Shown here: positions 60,072 to 64,000 of the stretch, in pieces
How the letters are laid out: each line of letters opens with the position of its first letter
How positions within the stretch are numbered: the stretch's first letter is position 1
Source of the DNA: a virus
Taxonomy: Duplodnaviria; Caudoviricetes
Length of the DNA: 64,000 nucleotides
IMG/VR virus record: IMGVR_UViG_3300025000_000055
Reading direction: 5' to 3' (one strand)
Made by a program: the position numbers and the translations under genes
Notes under the pieces: generated by a model
The model's input: only the letters and a program-made list of their open reading frames with translations
The model's database searches: none
What the model was told of the DNA's origin: nothing

Positions 60072-61172
60072 TTAGTTAGTATTCCTTAAAATTGTAATAA
60101 TTCTATATGCTTCAATTCTATCACTATTTTTTTCTTCCTCACTTAATTTTTCATAACATGTATCTATTTGTCTAGCCCATCTTTCGACAAATTCTTGAGG
60201 GATAGTAAGTGAGCCATTTTCATTTGTAATACATTTAGTAAATAAATATTCCATCCAACCGGACCACATCTGATGACATAAATCAGATAAAGTTTCTTTT
60301 ATTTTATATGAATTTTCTCTCATTTCATCAAAACTAATTTTATTAATAATTTCCTTGTTATCAATATTTAAAAACCCAATAATTTCACTATAAATTTTAC
60401 ACTTATCAAATTCTTTTAAACTAAAAGAAAATTCTCTTTTTCCTTCCAATAAATTAATAATTCTTTTTCTTTCCTCTTTAACACCTTTTTCTTTGTTAAT
60501 TTGAGCAAATTCTTTTAATGTATCAATACGTTGTTTTTCACACCAAATAGGTTCTGGTTCATATAATGATAATAAAATCTTACCATTATCTTTTAATTTT
60601 TCTATTTCTGAATTAATTAAATCATTAATTTGAATTAATGGAATATTTACATCTTTTAATAAGTTAATAGCCTCAATGTCATTATAAAGTTCATCATATA
60701 TAACTCTTTTAATACCTTTATGAAAAATTATTTTAGCACATAAAAAACATGGTGAACAGTTAACAAATAAATCACCATCACGTGCATTATCACCAGCTTT
60801 ATCTAAAGCTTGAAATTCAGCATGTATTGAATTACAAATATCTGCTCTGGCACCAGAAGATATATTTTCTTTTTTTCTTCTACATATATCTTTACAATTA
60901 ATAGTGTAGTTATGAGCTTCTGCAATAATCTTATCATTTTTTACAATAACACAACCAACTTTTCTACTTAAACATGTAGAATTTTTAGATAGTTTATATG
61001 CTCTAGCCATATATTCACTATATTTTAATTTTATTAAAGCACTTTCTTTTCGATGTAAAAAACAATCTAATTTTTTTGATTTATAAATACCACTACAATC
61101 CATTTGATGTAATTGGAAACAAGTTTGACATTCTTCATGTAAACTATTATTTTCATTTTTCATACAGTTCAC
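60072..61172 (-). CDS. dCMP deaminase fused to additional C-terminal domains
   Basis: CLSRKVGCVIV, HAE, SPCFLCAK; C-terminal H.MWS.WM ... YEKLSEEEKNSDR. Confidence 0.8.
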   Translation of the reverse strand: MNCMKNENNSLHEECQTCFQLHQMDCSGIYKSKKLDCFLHRKESALIKLKYSEYMARAYKLSKNSTCLSRKVGCVIVKNDKIIAEAHNYTINCKDICRRKKENISSGARADICNSIHAEFQALDKAGDNARDGDLFVNCSPCFLCAKIIFHKGIKRVIYDELYNDIEAINLLKDVNIPLIQINDLINSEIEKLKDNGKILLSLYEPEPIWCEKQRIDTLKEFAQINKEKGVKEERKRIINLLEGKREFSFSLKEFDKCKIYSEIIGFLNIDNKEIINKISFDEMRENSYKIKETLSDLCHQMWSGWMEYLFTKCITNENGSLTIPQEFVERWARQIDTCYEKLSEEEKNSDRIEAYRIITILRNTN

Positions 61173-61370
61173 TCCTTTAGATTTTTTTTCTTAAAGATTT
61201 CCATATTATTAATATAAAGACATTATATATTCATATGAGTTTATATCTACACCACCGACATTTTTCTATTAAATAATAATTTTCAATATCATTTCCAATA
61301 ATAAATACCTTTCTTTTTTATTATTTAAGTAATTTTAATATCCTGGATATATCTTATATAATCCTTAACA

Positions 61371-62093
61371 CTAAATAATATTAAATTTACTATTAATAAC
61401 TTTAATTATTTTTTCAGTTATTTCTTCTCTACTTAACATTTTATACTTATCATTTTCAGACATACAATCAATTCGTTCCCAGCCACATAAATGGATGAGA
61501 GTATCTTTTATTCTATTTACAGCATATTGATGTTCTTTCTTTTCATGAATGTCATTTATATCTTTAATGTTTTCCCCACTACGACTTTCTATATTCTGTA
61601 TAACCTGTCTTATGTTAACATCTAAAAATATAACTAAATCCGGCTTAGGTAATTTAAATACCCCGTACTCAATAGATTGAATCCAATCAACATATGAATA
61701 TATTTCTCTTGCCATATTATTTAGTTGTAAGTTAGCAGACATATGTAATATATTAGAAGTTGTATATCTATCACAAATTATATTAAGCCCTTCTGTCAAT
61801 TCCTCAAAATAACTTTTAACACCATTTTTTTTATTGAATATAGTGTATATTCTATCAACAGTATAAAAACTAGATGTTTGTTTAATATATGATAATATAT
61901 TAAACCCATCATTCCTAATAAACATACCTTCTAAATATTTCCTAACTAAATAAGATGAATCATCTTTATAATTCGGAAATGATAATAATTCAGTTTTAAA
62001 TGATAAGGAATTTAATAAATTAGTTAATAATTTGGATTGGGTTTCTTTACCTGACCCATCAACACCTTCAATAACAATTAGTTTACCTTTCAT
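61371..62093 (-). CDS. tmk: Thymidylate kinase
   Basis: LIVIEGVDGSGKETQ, FPNY, CDRY, LPKPDLVIFLDV. Confidence 0.9.
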   Translation of the reverse strand: MKGKLIVIEGVDGSGKETQSKLLTNLLNSLSFKTELLSFPNYKDDSSYLVRKYLEGMFIRNDGFNILSYIKQTSSFYTVDRIYTIFNKKNGVKSYFEELTEGLNIICDRYTTSNILHMSANLQLNNMAREIYSYVDWIQSIEYGVFKLPKPDLVIFLDVNIRQVIQNIESRSGENIKDINDIHEKKEHQYAVNRIKDTLIHLCGWERIDCMSENDKYKMLSREEITEKIIKVINSKFNII

Positions 62094-62198
62094 TTTTTAC
62101 CTCCTTTTTTGGAAAAAAATAATTATAATATAGTTATCAAAAAAATTAAAAATTACTATTATAGTAATTTTTATAATGGTTTATTTATATTAGTTCAT

Positions 62199-62498
62199 CT
62201 ACACTAAAATATTTAATCTATTCATTCTATTTAATTTTCTATTAAATTCAATTATATAATATTTATAATAATCATTTTGGATGTGTGTTTCTTTATTTAA
62301 TAATGCTTTTCTTATAAATTCTAAAGCTTCTTCTTTAGTTTCAAATAATTTTGGATTATAATTATAAGACAATTTTTTAAAATTCAATTCATTTTTATAG
62401 ATGTATAACTTAGCTTGTAATACTTTACATATAGAAAAACTAATAACAGGATAACCCTCAGTATAAAATATTTGTTCAATCATATAATAATTATCCAT
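62199..62498 (-). CDS. Hypothetical protein
   Basis: ORF in a co-oriented run. Confidence 0.6.
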   Translation of the reverse strand: MDNYYMIEQIFYTEGYPVISFSICKVLQAKLYIYKNELNFKKLSYNYNPKLFETKEEALEFIRKALLNKETHIQNDYYKYYIIEFNRKLNRMNRLNILV

Positions 62499-62515
62499 TA
62501 TTCAACAACTTCTTT

Positions 62516-62980
62516 CTATTTATACTTAATAAATAAATCTGATATATTAGTTTTAAAAATATAAAATATAAATTGTTTGATATCTAAAAGAATACTAATT
62601 CTTTTAGGTTTATTAATTCTTCTTAATAATTTAATTACTTTATCAATATTATTTTTATCTTTATTAGATATAATAGATAAATAATCTTTTATTAATAAAA
62701 GATTATTTATACTATCTGTTATTCTACATGTAAATTCATCTATACTATTATTAACAATATTTAGTTCTTCTGATGTGAGTATAAATTCATCAAATTCATT
62801 TAGCATTAATTCACTAAATGAATTTGTTAACTTTATTATTTCCTTTTTATTTGATATTTTACTAATATCAAATTCATTTATATTTTTTAAAAGAATATAT
62901 CTAATAATAAAATCTCTATCTTCTGATATAGCTATTATTTTTTTATTAATATTTTTAAGTACATAAAGTTTCATATCCAT
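62516..62980 (-). CDS. Hypothetical protein
   Basis: AAGGAG RBS. Confidence 0.65.
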   Translation of the reverse strand: MDMKLYVLKNINKKIIAISEDRDFIIRYILLKNINEFDISKISNKKEIIKLTNSFSELMLNEFDEFILTSEELNIVNNSIDEFTCRITDSINNLLLIKDYLSIISNKDKNNIDKVIKLLRRINKPKRISILLDIKQFIFYIFKTNISDLFIKYK

Positions 62981-62999
62981 ACTCCTTAAAAAATATAAA

Positions 63000-63608
63000 T
63001 TATTTACTTATAATATTAAATAAAACAGAATCATTCATGATTAAATTTATTTTATTAGACAATTCAAATATTTTTTGAAAATCACTTTCCTTAATCAATT
63101 TAATTTTTATAACAAACCTATCATTTTCATCTTCATAATAAAGAAAATCATATGATAATATTATAGCAGATAAATATTCCTTAGTTATTGTATCAATAGA
63201 ATCATATAAAGTATCAATATTAATTGCGCTTTGTATATAATTTTCTAAAAATATTATTTGAACTTTATCTAAAAATTTTACATTTATCGGATACTCTATT
63301 ATTATATCTTTAACTATTAATGATATTTCATCTTCCTCATTTTCAAACCTGTATTTATAAAAAGATTCTTCTGTTATGTTATTAATTATAAAGTCTTTCA
63401 TAAAAATATCAAAATTAAGTATATAAAAATTTTTAAATTCTGATATTTTTCTAATTAATTTCATATCATTTTTATTTTCTTTTACATATTTATGTAGTTC
63501 TTTAAAACTAAAACTCTTTCCTGATCGTTTTTCCATTTGTTCTTTTTCTAAAATACATATAGTTTTTTTAGCTAACCAATTTAAAAACTTTCCTTTGATA
63601 TTTAACAT
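63000..63608 (-). CDS. Hypothetical protein
   Basis: GGAGG RBS. Confidence 0.65.
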   Translation of the reverse strand: MLNIKGKFLNWLAKKTICILEKEQMEKRSGKSFSFKELHKYVKENKNDMKLIRKISEFKNFYILNFDIFMKDFIINNITEESFYKYRFENEEDEISLIVKDIIIEYPINVKFLDKVQIIFLENYIQSAINIDTLYDSIDTITKEYLSAIILSYDFLYYEDENDRFVIKIKLIKESDFQKIFELSNKINLIMNDSVLFNIISK

Positions 63609-64000
63609 TTTCCATCCTCCATTTTTTTATTTTTTATAATTGACTCTATATTAGAATCATATTCAGATAGTATTCTATAAAATTCACTTATTTGAGTAAA
63701 TACAAATGGTATTGTTATTTTAATACTATCCACTACTTCTATTTCTATATCTAAAGCTAATAAATCATATTTATTAAATATTGATTCTTGTTTTCCTTCT
63801 AATAAATCAATAGATAATATTTTAGATATATGGTCTTTAATATAAGTCAGTATAAAATGTTGTTCTATATTATTATATATTTTAATACTAATGTAATTAA
63901 ATGATATATTAAAATCTATATTTATACCATAGGTGATTGTATTACCTGATATAATTTTATCTATTCTTATATCATGAATTTTTTCATTAATAATTTTTTT
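63602..64000 (-). CDS. Partial hypothetical protein (5' end beyond window)
   Basis: Frame open from 64000 to TAA at 63602, overlapping the next start. Confidence 0.6.
   Translation of the reverse strand, partial: KKIINEKIHDIRIDKIISGNTITYGINIDFNISFNYISIKIYNNIEQHFILTYIKDHISKILSIDLLEGKQESIFNKYDLLALDIEIEVVDSIKITIPFVFTQISEFYRILSEYDSNIESIIKNKKMEDGKC

Noticed and set aside
61173-61370. About 200 bp gap between tmk and the dCMP deaminase
   Set aside because: No ORF with a start and RBS, and no recognisable RNA structure.
313-62966. Many 60-140 aa ORFs antisense to or overlapping long genes (e.g. 313-729, 1186-1587, 4754-5056, 14220-14426, 27782-27985, 31552-31830, 45457-45702, 58773-59024, 62775-62966)
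   Set aside because: Shadow ORFs of AT-rich coding strands: Ile/Leu/Ser/Phe-rich, no RBS, no motifs.
1-64000. Genome-wide stop-codon reassignment
   Set aside because: TAA, TAG (61371, 62199) and TGA (26428, 48841) all end intact genes; long conserved genes are open in code 11.
1-64000. tRNA, rRNA or tmRNA genes
   Set aside because: No cloverleaf, T-loop GTTCRA context or rRNA-like GC-rich stretch seen; the GC-richer islands are all introns.

Overview
Very AT-rich 64 kb segment of a jumbo myophage of the AR9/PBS1 (phiKZ-related) type. The host is probably an anaerobic, S-layer-bearing Firmicute, judged from NrdD and an SLH-domain endolysin; this is inference. The window carries split multisubunit RNA polymerase beta' subunits (one non-virion type, one virion type), GyrA and GyrB, a DnaB-like and a Dda-like helicase, SbcD-like and PD-(D/E)XK nucleases, RNase H, NrdD, ThyX, Tmk, dCMP deaminase, a full-length polyphosphate kinase 1, virion and lysis genes and many accessory ORFs. 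Five group I introns, not resolved by the ORF track, could be mapped to the nucleotide from P1 pairing (U.G), omega-G and restoration of conserved protein motifs. Two are in the helicase and one each is in nvRNAP beta'N (with a GIY-YIG endonuclease), nrdD and vRNAP beta'C. Three form a near-identical ORF-less family spread over two unrelated genes. Two recurrent phage promoter motifs are visible: TATATATTAT (early-type) and AACA-N6-TA (AR9 late-type). No tRNA, rRNA or CRISPR array was seen. All protein assignments come from motifs recognised by eye, with no database search.
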